Under the pieces are notes generated by a model. It worked only from the letters and a program-made list of their open reading frames with translations. It made no database searches and had not been told where the DNA came from. From Paracoccus suum (GTDB lineage Bacteria > Pseudomonadota > Alphaproteobacteria > Rhodobacterales > Rhodobacteraceae), in contig NZ_CP030918.1 in NCBI RefSeq assembly GCF_003324675.1, positions 870,001 through 902,000 on the forward strand: a DNA stretch of 32,000 bases. Direction: 5' to 3'. Position numbers and translations under genes: made by a program. Positions 1 through 10,324 of the stretch are shown piece by piece. Position 1 is the first letter of the stretch. Every line of letters begins with the position of its first letter.

Positions 1-213
1 TTAGCGCCTGTTTCCGGGCGAGTGGTTTTCCTCTGGCTGGAGAACAGCCTGGCCGCGCTCGTCGGCCTCTCCCAAACCCCCTCATCCTTAAGTCTTAGAC
101 CACCCCCAGACGCCCAGCACCGCCCCCAAACACCGCTTGACCCCGCCGCGAAGCGGGTGCCAATTTTGCGCGCTGACGTCTCGGCACTGCGCGCACTGGG
201 GAGGGCGCCCTGA

Positions 214-1257
214 ATGAAACACGTTCTTATTGCTGCATTTTTTGGTATCGCGGCCGGCACAGCTGCCCTTGCTGACGGTCCGGTCGACATCAGCAAAGTG
301 AACAAGGACCTGATCACCACGGCCGATGACAAGAAATACTCCATCGCGACGGTGGTGAAGGTCGACGGCATCGCCTGGTTTGACCGGATGCGCGAGGGTG
401 TGGACCAGTTCAAGGCAGACACGGGCAACGATACTTGGATGGTCGGGCCGTCGCAGGCCGATGCCGCGGCCCAGGTCCAGATGATCGAGAACCTGATCGC
501 CCAGGGCGTCGATGCGATCTGCGTCGTGCCCTTCAGCGTCGAGGCGGTCGAGCCGGTGCTGAAAAAGGCCCGCGACCGCGGCATCGTCGTGATCACGCAC
601 GAGGCTTCGAACATTCAGAACGCCGACTATGATATCGAGGCGTTCGACAACAAGGCCTACGGCGCCAACCTGATGAAAGTGCTGGGCGAGGCGATGGGCG
701 GCAAGGGCAAGTATGTCGCGACCGTCGGCAGCCTGACCTCGAAATCGCAGATGGAATGGATCGACGGCGCGGTCGAATACCAGAAGGCCAATTTCCCCGA
801 GATGTCGCAGGCCGTCGACCGGCTCGAGACTTATGACGACGCCAACCAGGATTACACCAAGCTGAAGGAGGCGATGACCGCCCATCCCGATATCACCGGG
901 ATCGTCGGCGGGCCGATGCCGACCTCGGCCGGGGCGGGCCGCCTGATCCAGGAAGGCGGCCTGCAGGGCAAGGTCCATTTCGCCGGCACCGGCCTTGTCT
1001 CGGTCGCGGGCGAGTACCTGACCAATGGCGATATCAGCTACATCCAGTTCTGGGACCCGGCGGTTGCCGGCTATGCGATGAACATGCTGGCCGTCGCCGC
1101 GCTGGAGAAGAAGAACGACATGCTGAAGCCTGGACTCGATCTGGGGCTGGCCGGCTATACCTCGCTGGTCGCGCCCGATCCGACAAAGCCGAACCTGATG
1201 TATGGCGCCGGCTGGGTCGGCGTCACCAAGGACAACATGGCGGATTACGACTTCTGA
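214..1257 (+). CDS. Periplasmic sugar-binding protein of an ABC importer, LsrB/RbsB (type I PBP) family
   Basis: 347-aa ORF. It has a GGGGAGGG Shine-Dalgarno just upstream and a signal peptide MKHVLIAAFFGIAAGTAALA/DG. It resembles LsrB-type binding proteins end to end; the C-terminus KDNMADYDF compares with KDNIDKYDF in Salmonella LsrB (recalled from memory). It is the first gene of a B-A-C-D-kinase operon. Confidence 0.85.
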   Translation: MKHVLIAAFFGIAAGTAALADGPVDISKVNKDLITTADDKKYSIATVVKVDGIAWFDRMREGVDQFKADTGNDTWMVGPSQADAAAQVQMIENLIAQGVDAICVVPFSVEAVEPVLKKARDRGIVVITHEASNIQNADYDIEAFDNKAYGANLMKVLGEAMGGKGKYVATVGSLTSKSQMEWIDGAVEYQKANFPEMSQAVDRLETYDDANQDYTKLKEAMTAHPDITGIVGGPMPTSAGAGRLIQEGGLQGKVHFAGTGLVSVAGEYLTNGDISYIQFWDPAVAGYAMNMLAVAALEKKNDMLKPGLDLGLAGYTSLVAPDPTKPNLMYGAGWVGVTKDNMADYDF

Positions 1258-1322
1258 TCTGACATACCAAAGGTGCGGGCCGCTGGACGGCCCTCGCCAT
1301 TCCGCCTGGTGGAAAGCCGATC

Positions 1323-2855
1323 ATGACCGACACCCCGGACGTCGCCCGCACGCCCTTGATCGACCTGCTCGGGGTGACAAAACGGTTCGGCGGCGTGACC
1401 GCCCTGCGCGATGTCTCGATGTCGATCTACCCCGGCGAGATCCTGTGCCTCGCGGGCGAGAACGGGTCGGGCAAGTCCACCATCATCAAGGTCATCTCGG
1501 GCGTCTACCGGGCCGACGAAGGCGCGGTCCTGATCGATGGCCAGCCTGTCGGGGCCTATGATCCGGTAAAATCCACCTCGGCCGGGATCGAGGTGATCTA
1601 TCAGGATTTCGCTTTGTTCCCGACGCTGTCGGTGGTCGAGAACCTGACCCTGAACGGTTTTCTGCGCGAGGGGCGGCAACTGATCGACCGGCAGCGCGCC
1701 CGCGCGCTGGCCGCAGACGTGCTCGCCCGCCTCGGGGTGAGCCTGCCGCTGGACGCGGCGGTCGAGACGCTGCCGACCTCGGGCAAGCAACTGGTCGCCA
1801 TCGCCCGCGCGGTGCTGGCCAACGCCCGGCTGATCATCATGGACGAGCCGACCACCGCCCTGACCGGGCTGGAGGTCGAGCGGCTGTTCCGCATTGCCCG
1901 CGATCTGCGCGCGCACGGCATCGCCATCCTCTTTGTCAGCCACAAGATGCGCGAGATGCTGGAGATTTCTGACCGGCTGGTGGTGTTCCGCAACGGCCGC
2001 AAGGTCGCCGAAGGGCCGATCGCCGACTTTGACGAGCCGGCGATCACCCGCGCCATGACCGGGCAGGACTTGGACCGCGGCAGCTTTGACTGGCACGGCG
2101 AGGCCGGCGTGCCCCGGTTGGAGATGCGCGGCGTCACTGTGCCGGGCGAGATCGCGGATATCTCGCTGCGGATCATGCCGGGCGAGGTGGTCGGGCTGAC
2201 GGGGCTGATCGGCTCGGGCCGGACGGAACTGGCGCTGGCGGCATTCGGCATGCGTCCGGGGCACGGCGGTCAGATCCTGATCGACGGCGCGCCGGTGCGC
2301 CTTGCCCGCGTCCAGGACGCCATCGCCGCCGGGATCGCCTATGTCCCCGAGGATCGGCTGGGCGAGGGGTTGTTCCTGAGCCGCTCGATCCGCGACAACA
2401 GCATTGTCGCCGCGATCCCCCGTTTCGCGCGGAGCGGCTGGCTCGACCGACGCCGCGCCGCGGCCGCGACACGGCGCATGTTCGAGGCGATGCAGATCGC
2501 CGCGCCCTCGACCGAGGTGGCGGTCGGCACCCTGTCGGGCGGCAACCAGCAGCGCGTCGTCATCGGCCGCTGGCTGATGACGGGGGCCAAGGTGCTGATC
2601 CTGAACGGCCCCACCGTCGGCGTCGATGTCGGCAGCAAGGCCAAGATCCACGCGATCATTCACCGTCTCGCGCGCGACGAAGGGCTGGCCGTCTTGATGA
2701 TTTCCGATGATGTCCCCGAACTGGTAGCGAACTGCAACCGCGTGCTGATGATGCAGCAAGGCCGCCTCACGGGTGAACTCTCCGGCGACGCCCTGACCGA
2801 GGCACAGGTCGCCGGCGCCTTCAGCCGCACCCCCCTGGCCGAGGCAGGCGCATGA
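1323..2855 (+). CDS. Sugar ABC transporter ATP-binding protein (duplicated ATPase, RbsA/LsrA/MglA type)
   Basis: 510 aa with two nucleotide-binding domains. Motifs: Walker [10 protein letters not shown] and GLIGSGRTE, Walker B LIIMDEP, signature LSGGNQQRV. Confidence 0.92.
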   Translation: MTDTPDVARTPLIDLLGVTKRFGGVTALRDVSMSIYPGEILCLAGENGSGKSTIIKVISGVYRADEGAVLIDGQPVGAYDPVKSTSAGIEVIYQDFALFPTLSVVENLTLNGFLREGRQLIDRQRARALAADVLARLGVSLPLDAAVETLPTSGKQLVAIARAVLANARLIIMDEPTTALTGLEVERLFRIARDLRAHGIAILFVSHKMREMLEISDRLVVFRNGRKVAEGPIADFDEPAITRAMTGQDLDRGSFDWHGEAGVPRLEMRGVTVPGEIADISLRIMPGEVVGLTGLIGSGRTELALAAFGMRPGHGGQILIDGAPVRLARVQDAIAAGIAYVPEDRLGEGLFLSRSIRDNSIVAAIPRFARSGWLDRRRAAAATRRMFEAMQIAAPSTEVAVGTLSGGNQQRVVIGRWLMTGAKVLILNGPTVGVDVGSKAKIHAIIHRLARDEGLAVLMISDDVPELVANCNRVLMMQQGRLTGELSGDALTEAQVAGAFSRTPLAEAGA

Positions 2856-3850
2856 GAGCGCGCGCCGCCGCGCCCGCCTGGTGGCGCAGCACCGAGGCTA
2901 TGGTCGGCGGCATCCTGCTGCTGGCGATGGTCCTGATCGGGCTGGTCAACCCGGCCTTCTGGTCGCCCGACAACCTCTTCAGCCTGCTGCGATCCAACGT
3001 GGTGATCGGCATCATGGCGCTGGGCGTTCTGGTGGTCATGATCTCGGGCGGAATCGATGTCAGCTTCACCGCCTTTGCGGTCGCCGGGATGTATCTGGTG
3101 GTCCGGGCGATGGTCGCCTGGGGCATCGACAGCGTGTTCGCCGCCTTTGCCGCCGCGACCTTGATCGGCGCGCTGCTGGGGTTGGTGAACGCGAGCATCA
3201 TTCACCGGCTGCGCATGATCCCGCTGATCGTCACCCTCGGCACGGCCTCGATCGTGCGTGGGCTGGTGCTGGGGCTGGTCGGCACCTCAAATGTGAACAT
3301 CAACAAGTTTCCCAAACCTCTGATCGCGTTCGGACGCACCGATCTGGTGACGCTGACCAATGCCCAGGGCGCGACTTTCGGCCTGCCCGCGACGCTGCTG
3401 ATCTACCTCGGCGTCGCGCTGGCGCTGCATCTTGTGCTGACCCGCACCATGATCGGCCGCAGCGTCTTCGCCTACGGCGCCTCGCCCGAGGCGGCGCAGC
3501 GCGTCGGCTTTCGCACCGGGCGCACGCTGATCTTTGTCTATGTCCTCGCCGGCGCGCTGGCGGGGATGGCGGGCCTGCTGCATTCGTCGATGATCTGGCT
3601 GGCCAACCCGCGCGATTTCGTCGGCTGGGAGCTTGACGTGATCGCTGCCGTCGTCCTTGGCGGGGCGTCGATCTTTGGCGGCCGGGGCAGCGTTCTGGGC
3701 ACCTTGCTTGGGGTTTTCATCATCGTCATGATCAAGAACTCGCTGATCCTGATGGGGATCGACACGACCTGGCAGCGGGTCGTGGTCGGCGCGATGCTGA
3801 TCGGTGCGACCGCGCTAACCGCGCTGCGCGACCGCAAGGCATTGGCATGA
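2852..3850 (+). CDS. Sugar ABC transporter permease (RbsC/LsrC-like)
   Basis: 332-aa polytopic hydrophobic protein. Its ATG overlaps the ATPase stop (ATGA at 2852-2855). It has typical monosaccharide-permease segments ([18 protein letters not shown]). Confidence 0.88.
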   Translation: MRARAAAPAWWRSTEAMVGGILLLAMVLIGLVNPAFWSPDNLFSLLRSNVVIGIMALGVLVVMISGGIDVSFTAFAVAGMYLVVRAMVAWGIDSVFAAFAAATLIGALLGLVNASIIHRLRMIPLIVTLGTASIVRGLVLGLVGTSNVNINKFPKPLIAFGRTDLVTLTNAQGATFGLPATLLIYLGVALALHLVLTRTMIGRSVFAYGASPEAAQRVGFRTGRTLIFVYVLAGALAGMAGLLHSSMIWLANPRDFVGWELDVIAAVVLGGASIFGGRGSVLGTLLGVFIIVMIKNSLILMGIDTTWQRVVVGAMLIGATALTALRDRKALA

Positions 3851-4869
3851 GGGGGGCGGGCGACATGGACGATCCCGCCCGCGCCGCCCCGGGTCTGGGC
3901 GCCCGACTGGCCGGGTTCGGCGGCAACGCCAATTTGCAACTGGCGCTGGTCTGCATCCTGATCATGGTCGTCATGACGGTCATGAACCCGCGCTTTCTGA
4001 CCGCCTATAATTTTGAATCCATGGCCTTCTTTCTGCCGGAACTGGGGATCCTGTCGATCGCGATGATGATCGCGATGCTGACCGGCGGCATCGACCTCAG
4101 CGTCGTCGGCATCGCCAACCTGGCAGGCATCGTCGCCGGGCTGTGGTTCCAGCGCTCGGGCGGGGCCGAGGCCGGGCCGGCGGTGGTCGCGGTGGGCGTC
4201 CTGCTGGCGCTGGCGGTCGGACTAGTCGCGGGCGTGCTGAACGGCCTCCTGATCGCGAGGGCGCGCATCACGCCGATCCTCGCGACTCTCGGCAGCGGCC
4301 AGGTGTTTACCGGCCTGGCGCTGGTCCTGACCGGCGGGCCGGCCATCGTCGGCTTTCCCGCGGCTTGGAACGCCATCGGCAACGGCCATCTGGGGCCGGT
4401 CCCGGTGCCGTTCGTGATATTTGTTGCGATCTGCATCGCTGTCTGGCTGCTGCTGACCCGGTCCGCCCTGGGCCTGAACCTGATGTTGATCGGCACCAAC
4501 CCGCGGGCCGCGGTCTTTGCCGGGGTTCGGCGCACGCAGATGCTGATCTACAGCTATGCGCTGACCGGAATGCTGGCTGCAAGTGCCGGCATCCTGCTGT
4601 CGGCCCGCACCAATGCCGCGAAATCCGACTACGGCGCGTCCTATCTGCTACAGGCGGTGCTGATCGCGGTGCTGGGTGGCACCAATCCGGCAGGCGGGCG
4701 CGGCAGCGTCCTCGGGGTCGCGCTGGCGGTCGTCTCGCTGGTGCTGCTATCGTCCGGCTTTCAGATGATGCGGGTGTCGAACCACCTGATCGACTTCATC
4801 TGGGGCGCGACCTTGATCATCGTGCTGGCAATCAACGTCTTTGTCACCCGCCGCCGCGCCGGCGTGTGA
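3847..4869 (+). CDS. Sugar ABC transporter permease (second subunit, LsrD-like)
   Basis: 340-aa polytopic protein with GGIDLS and GGRGSVLGV motifs, paralogous to the preceding permease. There is an ATGA overlap at 3847-3850. An alternative ATG at 3865 cannot be excluded. Confidence 0.85.
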   Translation: MRGAGDMDDPARAAPGLGARLAGFGGNANLQLALVCILIMVVMTVMNPRFLTAYNFESMAFFLPELGILSIAMMIAMLTGGIDLSVVGIANLAGIVAGLWFQRSGGAEAGPAVVAVGVLLALAVGLVAGVLNGLLIARARITPILATLGSGQVFTGLALVLTGGPAIVGFPAAWNAIGNGHLGPVPVPFVIFVAICIAVWLLLTRSALGLNLMLIGTNPRAAVFAGVRRTQMLIYSYALTGMLAASAGILLSARTNAAKSDYGASYLLQAVLIAVLGGTNPAGGRGSVLGVALAVVSLVLLSSGFQMMRVSNHLIDFIWGATLIIVLAINVFVTRRRAGV

Positions 4870-4889
4870 CCCGCAGGGAAGGACCGCGC

Positions 4890-5816
4890 ATGGCTGGACG
4901 CATCGGCGTCGTCGGATCGAACATGATCGACCTGGTGACCTATATCGACCGCATGCCCGGTCCCGGCGAGACGGTCGAGGCCCCCTCGTTCGAGATCGGC
5001 TTTGGCGGCAAGGGCGCCAATCAGGCCATCGCCGCGGCCCGGCTGGGGTCGGATGTCACCATGGTCACGCGGGTCGGGGACGACATGTTCGGCCCGCAGG
5101 TGCTGGAAAACTTACGCAGCAACGGCGTCGATACGGCCCATTCCCGGGCCGTCCCCGGCCAGCCTTCGGGCGTCGCGCCGATCTTTGTCGAACCCTCGGG
5201 AGAGAATGCCATCCTGATCGTCAAGGGCGCCAATGCCACCCTGTCGCCGGCTGATGTGGACGAGGCCGCCGAGGCGCTGGCCAGCTGCGATCTGATCCTG
5301 ATGCAGCTCGAAGTGCCGCTGGAGACGGTCTATCACACGGTCGCACTGGCCGCCGCCCGGGGCATCCGCACGGTGCTGAACCCGGCCCCGGCCGACCCGA
5401 CGCTGGATGTGTCCCGCCTGCGCGGCCTTGGCTATTTCACCCCGAACGAAAGCGAGTTGGCTGTGCTGACCGGCCTGCCGACGGGAACCGAGGCCGAGAT
5501 CGAGGCGGCGGCCCGCAGCCTGATGGCCAAGGGCATCGACGCGATCGTCGTGACCCTCGGCGGGCGCGGCGCGCGGCTGGTCACTGCGGACGGCGTGCAC
5601 GCCATTGCCCCGGTCACGGTCGAGGCGGTGGACACGACCGGCGCCGGTGACGCCTTCATCGGCAGCTTTGCCCATTTTCATGCTGGCGGGATGGACGCGC
5701 CGGCGGCGCTGGCGCAGGCCGCGCGCTATGCCGCGCTGTCGATCACCCGGCGCGGCACCCAGAAATCCTATGCCACCCCGGCCGAGTTCGCCGCCTTCTG
5801 CGCGATGCTGGACTAG
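4890..5816 (+). CDS. rbsK: Ribokinase-like PfkB-family sugar kinase
   Basis: The real start is the internal ATG at 4890 ([16 protein letters not shown]), preceded by GGGAAGGA. It carries the PfkB signatures GGKGANQA and DTTGAGDAF and is 308 aa. The 557-aa track ORF from 4143 is an out-of-gene extension over the permease. Confidence 0.88.
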   Translation: MAGRIGVVGSNMIDLVTYIDRMPGPGETVEAPSFEIGFGGKGANQAIAAARLGSDVTMVTRVGDDMFGPQVLENLRSNGVDTAHSRAVPGQPSGVAPIFVEPSGENAILIVKGANATLSPADVDEAAEALASCDLILMQLEVPLETVYHTVALAAARGIRTVLNPAPADPTLDVSRLRGLGYFTPNESELAVLTGLPTGTEAEIEAAARSLMAKGIDAIVVTLGGRGARLVTADGVHAIAPVTVEAVDTTGAGDAFIGSFAHFHAGGMDAPAALAQAARYAALSITRRGTQKSYATPAEFAAFCAMLD

Positions 5817-6859
5817 GCCACACCCCAGTCCAGCACGACCTTGCCCGCCTCGCCCGAGCGCATGGCGGCAAAGCCTTCCTCGAACTGCGCGATCGGCAGG
5901 CGGTGCGTGATGAGCGGCGTCAAATCGAGGCCCGACTGCACAAGGGCGATCATCTTGTACCAGGTCTCGTACATTTCGCGCCCGTAGATGCCCTTCAAGG
6001 TCAGCATCTTGAAGATGACCTGGTTCCAGTCGATCTCGAACCCCGCAGGGGCGATCCCGAGGATCGCGATCTTGCCGCCGTTGTTCATGACATCGATCAT
6101 CTGGCGAAAGGCGGGCGCCGCGCCGGACATCTCCAGCCCGATGTCGAACCCCTCGCGCATCCCGATCTCGGCCATCACCTCGCGCAGGTCCTGCTCGGCG
6201 ACGTTCACCGCATAGGGAATGCCGAGGCTGCGCGCCAGGGCGAGGCGGCCGGGGTTGATATCGGTGACCACGACCTTTCGCGCCCCGGCCCGCTGGGCGA
6301 CCATCGCGCCCATGATGCCGATGGGCCCCGCGCCGGTGACCAGCACATCCTCGCCGACGCAATCGAAGCTGAGGGCGGTGTGCACGGCGTTGCCGAAGGG
6401 GTCGAAGATGGCTGCGATCTCGTCCGGGATATCGTCCGGGATCGGCACGACATTGCTCTGCGGCAGGCACAGGTATTCGGCAAAGCTGCCGGCGCGGTGC
6501 ACGCCGACGCCCAGCGTGTTGCGGCACAGATGCGCCCGCCCGGCGCGGCAGTTACGGCAGTGCCCGCAGGTGATGTGCCCCTCGCCCGAGACGCGCTGGC
6601 CGGGGTGAAAGCGGGTCACGGCCGCGCCGACCTCGGCGATGGTGCCGCTGAACTCATGCCCGGTGACCAGTGGCACGGGCACCGTCTTGGCGGCCCAGGC
6701 GTCCCAGTTCCAGATATGCACGTCGGTGCCGCAGATGGCGCTCTTCCCGACGCGGATCAGCACGTCGTTCGGGCCGGGTTCGGGGACCGGCACCTCCTCC
6801 ATCCACAGTCCCGGCTCGGGGCGCGCCTTGACCAGGGCGCGCATCATGTTGCTGGCCAT
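5813..6859 (-). CDS. tdh: L-threonine 3-dehydrogenase
   Basis: 348 aa zinc-ADH fold. Motifs: GHEFSG, structural-zinc cluster [13 protein letters not shown] site GAGPIG. The N-terminus aligns with E. coli Tdh ([12 protein letters not shown]). Its start overlaps the kbl stop (TGATG at 6857-6861); alternative ATGs lie a few codons in. Confidence 0.93.
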   Translation of the reverse strand: MASNMMRALVKARPEPGLWMEEVPVPEPGPNDVLIRVGKSAICGTDVHIWNWDAWAAKTVPVPLVTGHEFSGTIAEVGAAVTRFHPGQRVSGEGHITCGHCRNCRAGRAHLCRNTLGVGVHRAGSFAEYLCLPQSNVVPIPDDIPDEIAAIFDPFGNAVHTALSFDCVGEDVLVTGAGPIGIMGAMVAQRAGARKVVVTDINPGRLALARSLGIPYAVNVAEQDLREVMAEIGMREGFDIGLEMSGAAPAFRQMIDVMNNGGKIAILGIAPAGFEIDWNQVIFKMLTLKGIYGREMYETWYKMIALVQSGLDLTPLITHRLPIAQFEEGFAAMRSGEAGKVVLDWGVA

Positions 6860-8043
6860 CAGATGATCCCCATGTCCTGACCCGTGGCGATGAAGGCGGC
6901 GATGGCGGTGTCCAGGTCGGCTTCGGAGTGCGCCGCTGACATCTGGGTGCGAATGCGCGCCTGTCCGCGCGGCACCACCGGAAAGCTGAAGGCGGTGACA
7001 TAGACGCCGCGTGCCAGCATGCCTTCGGCAAACTCGGCGGCGATCCGCGCCTCGCCCAGCATCACCGGGATGATAGGATGACCCGCCCCGGCCAGCGTAA
7101 AGCCGGCGGCCCCCATCTCCGCCCGGAACCGGGCGGCATTGGCGTCGAGGCGGGCGCGCAGATCGTCGCCTTTGGCCACCAGATCCAGCGCCACCAGCGA
7201 GGCCGCGGTGATGACCGGCGCGAGCGCGTTAGAGAAGAGGTAGGGCCGCGACCGCTGGCGCAGCATGTCGACCACCGCTTTCGGGCCTGCGACATATCCG
7301 CCCGATGCCCCGCCCAGCGCCTTGCCCAGCGTCCCGGTCAGGATTTCGACGCGTTCCGCAACACCCAGCGCCGCCGGCGTGCCCCGGCCCTTCGGGCCCA
7401 TGAGCCCCACTGCGTGACTGTCATCAACGATGACCGTGGCATCATGGCGCTCGGCCAGATCGCAGATCGCCGGCAGCGGGGCGATGATCCCGTCCATCGA
7501 GAACACGCCGTCGGTCACGATCACCCGGCTGCGGGCGTCCGCCGCCTCGACCAGCCGCGCCTCCAGCTCGGCCATGTCGGCATTGGCATAGCGCAGCCGC
7601 CGCGCCTTGCACAAACGCACCCCGTCGATGATCGACGCGTGGTTCAGCGCATCCGAGATGATCGCGTCCTCGGCCCCGAGGATGGTCTCGAACAGGCCGG
7701 TGTTGGCGTCGAAGCACGAGGAATAGAGGATCGCATCCTCGGTCCCCAGCCAATTGGCCAGCCGCGCCTCCAGGGCCTTGTGCGGATCCTGCGTGCCGCA
7801 GATGAACCGGACCGAGGCCATGCCATAGCCCCAGCGGTCCAGTGCATCCCTCGCCGCCGCAACCAGGGCCGGATCATCGGCGAGGCCCAGATAGTTGTTG
7901 GCACAGAAATTCAGAACCTCGGCGCCGCCGACGTCGATATGGCCGGACTGGGGCGAGGCGAGGACGCGCTCGGGCTTCCACAGGCCATCCTCGCGGATTT
8001 GCGCCAGTTCGGCCTGCAGGCGCTTGGCAAGGGTATCGCTCAT
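6859..8043 (-). CDS. kbl: Glycine C-acetyltransferase (2-amino-3-ketobutyrate CoA ligase)
   Basis: 394 aa alpha-oxoamine synthase. Motifs: NNYLGL, PLP-lysine motif GTLGKALGG. It is translationally coupled upstream of tdh, the classical kbl-tdh arrangement. Confidence 0.93.
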   Translation of the reverse strand: MSDTLAKRLQAELAQIREDGLWKPERVLASPQSGHIDVGGAEVLNFCANNYLGLADDPALVAAARDALDRWGYGMASVRFICGTQDPHKALEARLANWLGTEDAILYSSCFDANTGLFETILGAEDAIISDALNHASIIDGVRLCKARRLRYANADMAELEARLVEAADARSRVIVTDGVFSMDGIIAPLPAICDLAERHDATVIVDDSHAVGLMGPKGRGTPAALGVAERVEILTGTLGKALGGASGGYVAGPKAVVDMLRQRSRPYLFSNALAPVITAASLVALDLVAKGDDLRARLDANAARFRAEMGAAGFTLAGAGHPIIPVMLGEARIAAEFAEGMLARGVYVTAFSFPVVPRGQARIRTQMSAAHSEADLDTAIAAFIATGQDMGII

Positions 8044-8195
8044 GGGTCGGCCCTTTTTGCGTTTGCTCGTCCCCGTTTAGCGACGCCCGTGCCCCCCGTC
8101 GAGGCGCGCTCGCAGGCACCCGCCGGCCATTGGACAGCCGCCCTGCGGTCTGCTAACCCCCGCCGCAGTTCTGCAAGGCTGCGCACGGGGGCAAC

Positions 8196-9188
8196 ATGGA
8201 CGGCGACGTGAAACCGCGGCACGATGTGGCATCGCATGAGGGACCGGTCTGGACGGGGGTTGCGGCGCGGGAAATCCACGACCTGCCCTTCATGGAGCTG
8301 CTGTTCCGCGCGCAGACCGTCCACCGCCAGCATTTCGACCCGAACCGGGTGCAGATCAGCCGACTTCTGTCGATCAAGACCGGCGGCTGCGCCGAGGATT
8401 GCGCCTATTGCAGCCAGTCCGCGCATCACAACTCGGGCCTCAGCGCCTCGAAGCTGATCGAGGTGCAGCGCGTGATCGCCGAGGCAAAGCGGGCCCGCGA
8501 CGCCGGCGCCACGCGCTATTGCATGGGCGCCGCCTGGCGCTCGCCCAAGGAACGCGACATGCCGGCCATCCTGGCGATGGTCGAGGGCGTCAAGGCGCTG
8601 GGCATGGAAACCTGCATGACGCTGGGCATGCTGGACGCGGATCAGGCGCTGCAACTGAAGGGCGCAGGGCTGGATTACTACAACCACAACATCGACACGT
8701 CCGAAGCGCATTATGGCAATGTGATCACAACCCGCACTTTTGCGGACCGGCTGGATACGCTGGAGACAGTGCGCCAGGCCGGGATCAACGTATGCTCGGG
8801 AGGGATCCTGGGGATGGGCGAGGGGCCGCAGGACCGGGTGGACATGCTCGTCTCGCTCGCCAACCTGCCGGAGCCGCCGAAATCGGTGCCGATCAACATG
8901 CTGATCCCGATTGCCGGTACGCCCCTTGCCGATGCGCCGCCGGTCGATCCGATCGATTTCGTGCGCATCATCGCAACCGCCCGCATCATGATGCCGACCA
9001 GCCACGTGCGTCTGTCCGCCGGCCGCACCGCCATGTCGGACGAGATGCAGGCGCTGTGCTTTTTCGCGGGCGCAAACTCGATCTTCGCGGGCGATACGCT
9101 GCTGACGGCGGCCAACCCTGACCAGGATGTCGATCTGCGCCTCATGTCCCGCCTCGGCCTTCAGCCGATGGAGGCGGGCGAGCATTGA
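8196..9188 (+). CDS. bioB: Biotin synthase
   Basis: 330 aa. Radical-SAM motif CAEDCAYC. The N-terminal region [31 protein letters not shown] is nearly colinear with E. coli BioB. First gene of the bio operon. Confidence 0.95.
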   Translation: MDGDVKPRHDVASHEGPVWTGVAAREIHDLPFMELLFRAQTVHRQHFDPNRVQISRLLSIKTGGCAEDCAYCSQSAHHNSGLSASKLIEVQRVIAEAKRARDAGATRYCMGAAWRSPKERDMPAILAMVEGVKALGMETCMTLGMLDADQALQLKGAGLDYYNHNIDTSEAHYGNVITTRTFADRLDTLETVRQAGINVCSGGILGMGEGPQDRVDMLVSLANLPEPPKSVPINMLIPIAGTPLADAPPVDPIDFVRIIATARIMMPTSHVRLSAGRTAMSDEMQALCFFAGANSIFAGDTLLTAANPDQDVDLRLMSRLGLQPMEAGEH

Positions 9189-10324
9189 CCCAGGCGCCTG
9201 GGCGGCACGCGGTCTTTGCGCGCGCGCTGGACCAACTGGCCGGTCGCGACCGTCTGCGCGCCCTGCAGGGCGCGGGCGGCTCCGACTTCGCCTCGAACGA
9301 CTATCTGGGATTGGCTGGCCATCCGCGCATCGCCGCCGCGATCCGTCGGGCGCTGGACGAGGGGATCTCGGTCGGCGCCACCGGTTCGCGCCTGTTGCGT
9401 GGGAATGCGGGCGCCCACGAGGCGCTGGAGGTCGAGGCCGCGGCCTTCTTTGGCAGCGAGTCGGCCCTGATGATGGGTGGCGGCTATCAGGCCAATCTGG
9501 CGTTGATGGGCACGCTGCCGCAGACCGGCGATCTGCTGCTGCTGGATGCGCTGTGCCACGCCAGCGCCAACGAGGGTGCGCGCCTGTCGCGGGCTGAGGT
9601 TGCGCGGTTCCGCCATAACGACCCGGGCCACGCGGCCGAGGTGATCACCGCTTGGCGCCGGGGCGGCGGTCGCGGCGCGGTCTGGATCGCGGTCGAGAGC
9701 CTCTATTCCATGGACGGCGACCGCGCCCCCCTGGCCGAGCTGTCCACGCTGGCCGCAGCCGAGGGCTGGTTGCTGGTCGACGAGGCCCATGCCACCGGCG
9801 TCTTCGGCACGCAGGGCCGGGGACTGGCTGGCGATCTGGACGGCGCCGGTCATGTGATCACGCTTCACACTCTTGGCAAGGCGCTGGGTGGTAGCGGTGC
9901 CCTAATCTGCGGGCCGCGGGTCATCCGCGATTTCCTGGTGAACCGCGCCCGGCCCTTCATCTTTGCGACTGCGCCCTCGCCCCTTATGGCCGAGGCAGGT
10001 CGCGAGGCGTTGCGCATCCTTGCCGAAGAGCCGCAGCACCAGGCGGCGCTGCAGGCGCGCATTGCCTTGTTCGGCAGCCGCCTTGCCGCCATGGGCCTGC
10101 CGGCCAGCGGCAGCCAGATCGCGGCGCTGATCGTTGGCGCCGATGGCCCGGCTATGGACCTCGCCGCCGCGATCCGCGCGCGCGGTTTTGATGTGCGCGG
10201 CATCCGTCCCCCGACCGTCCCCGAAGGCACCGCGCGCCTGCGCATCTCCCTGACGCTGAACCCGACCGAGGCCGAGATGCTGCGCCTCGCCGATACAATC
10301 GAGGAACTATGGCCCGCTTTGTGA
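9185..10324 (+). CDS. bioF: 8-amino-7-oxononanoate synthase
   Basis: 379 aa alpha-oxoamine synthase. Motifs: NDYLGL, PLP-lysine motif HTLGKALGG. The apparent TTG start overlaps the bioB stop (TTGA at 9185-9188), and there is no in-frame ATG near the N-terminus. Confidence 0.9.
   Translation: MTQAPGRHAVFARALDQLAGRDRLRALQGAGGSDFASNDYLGLAGHPRIAAAIRRALDEGISVGATGSRLLRGNAGAHEALEVEAAAFFGSESALMMGGGYQANLALMGTLPQTGDLLLLDALCHASANEGARLSRAEVARFRHNDPGHAAEVITAWRRGGGRGAVWIAVESLYSMDGDRAPLAELSTLAAAEGWLLVDEAHATGVFGTQGRGLAGDLDGAGHVITLHTLGKALGGSGALICGPRVIRDFLVNRARPFIFATAPSPLMAEAGREALRILAEEPQHQAALQARIALFGSRLAAMGLPASGSQIAALIVGADGPAMDLAAAIRARGFDVRGIRPPTVPEGTARLRISLTLNPTEAEMLRLADTIEELWPAL

Noticed and set aside
22-213. 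A 63-aa ORF upstream of the sugar-binding protein gene.
   Set aside because: It has a non-ATG start, no SD, Pro/Ser/Ala-rich low-complexity translation and no recognisable family. It is more likely a non-coding leader.
1275-1295. A hairpin between the sugar-binding protein gene and the ATPase gene (GGGCC-GCTGGAC-GGCCC).
   Set aside because: The stem has only 5 perfect base pairs. Stems of this size arise by chance in GC-rich DNA, so it is too weak to call as an attenuator.
1245-2759. Long ORFs antisense to, or out of frame with, the called genes. Examples: 88-978, 1245-2759, 5112-6527, 5903-6880, 7078-8211, 8040-9185, 9865-10899, 10488-12176, 12165-12839, 15490-16278, 16254-17366, 17385-18587, 18259-19167, 19212-20138, 19975-21018, 22279-23403, 24690-25814, 26953-28026, 28028-29791, 29798-30979.
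   Set aside because: Each lies opposite or out of frame to a gene with clear family motifs. Their translations are low-complexity and rich in Arg, Ala, Gly, Pro, Asp, His and Gln, with no recognisable domains. Stop codons are rare in all frames of DNA this GC-rich, so such ORFs are expected by chance.
4143-4889. The N-terminal 249 codons of the 557-aa track ORF that contains the kinase.
   Set aside because: This part overlaps the second permease in another frame and is Arg/Gly/Pro-rich. A proper SD plus ATG at 4890 gives a 308-aa PfkB kinase of normal length.
8044-8195. A search for a biotin-responsive operator or a riboswitch-like structure upstream of bioB.
   Set aside because: Only a short 6-bp stem (CTGCGG...CCGCAG, about 8144-8169) was seen. 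There is no TTAT-N-ATAA type BioR site or extended conserved structure that I can support by eye.
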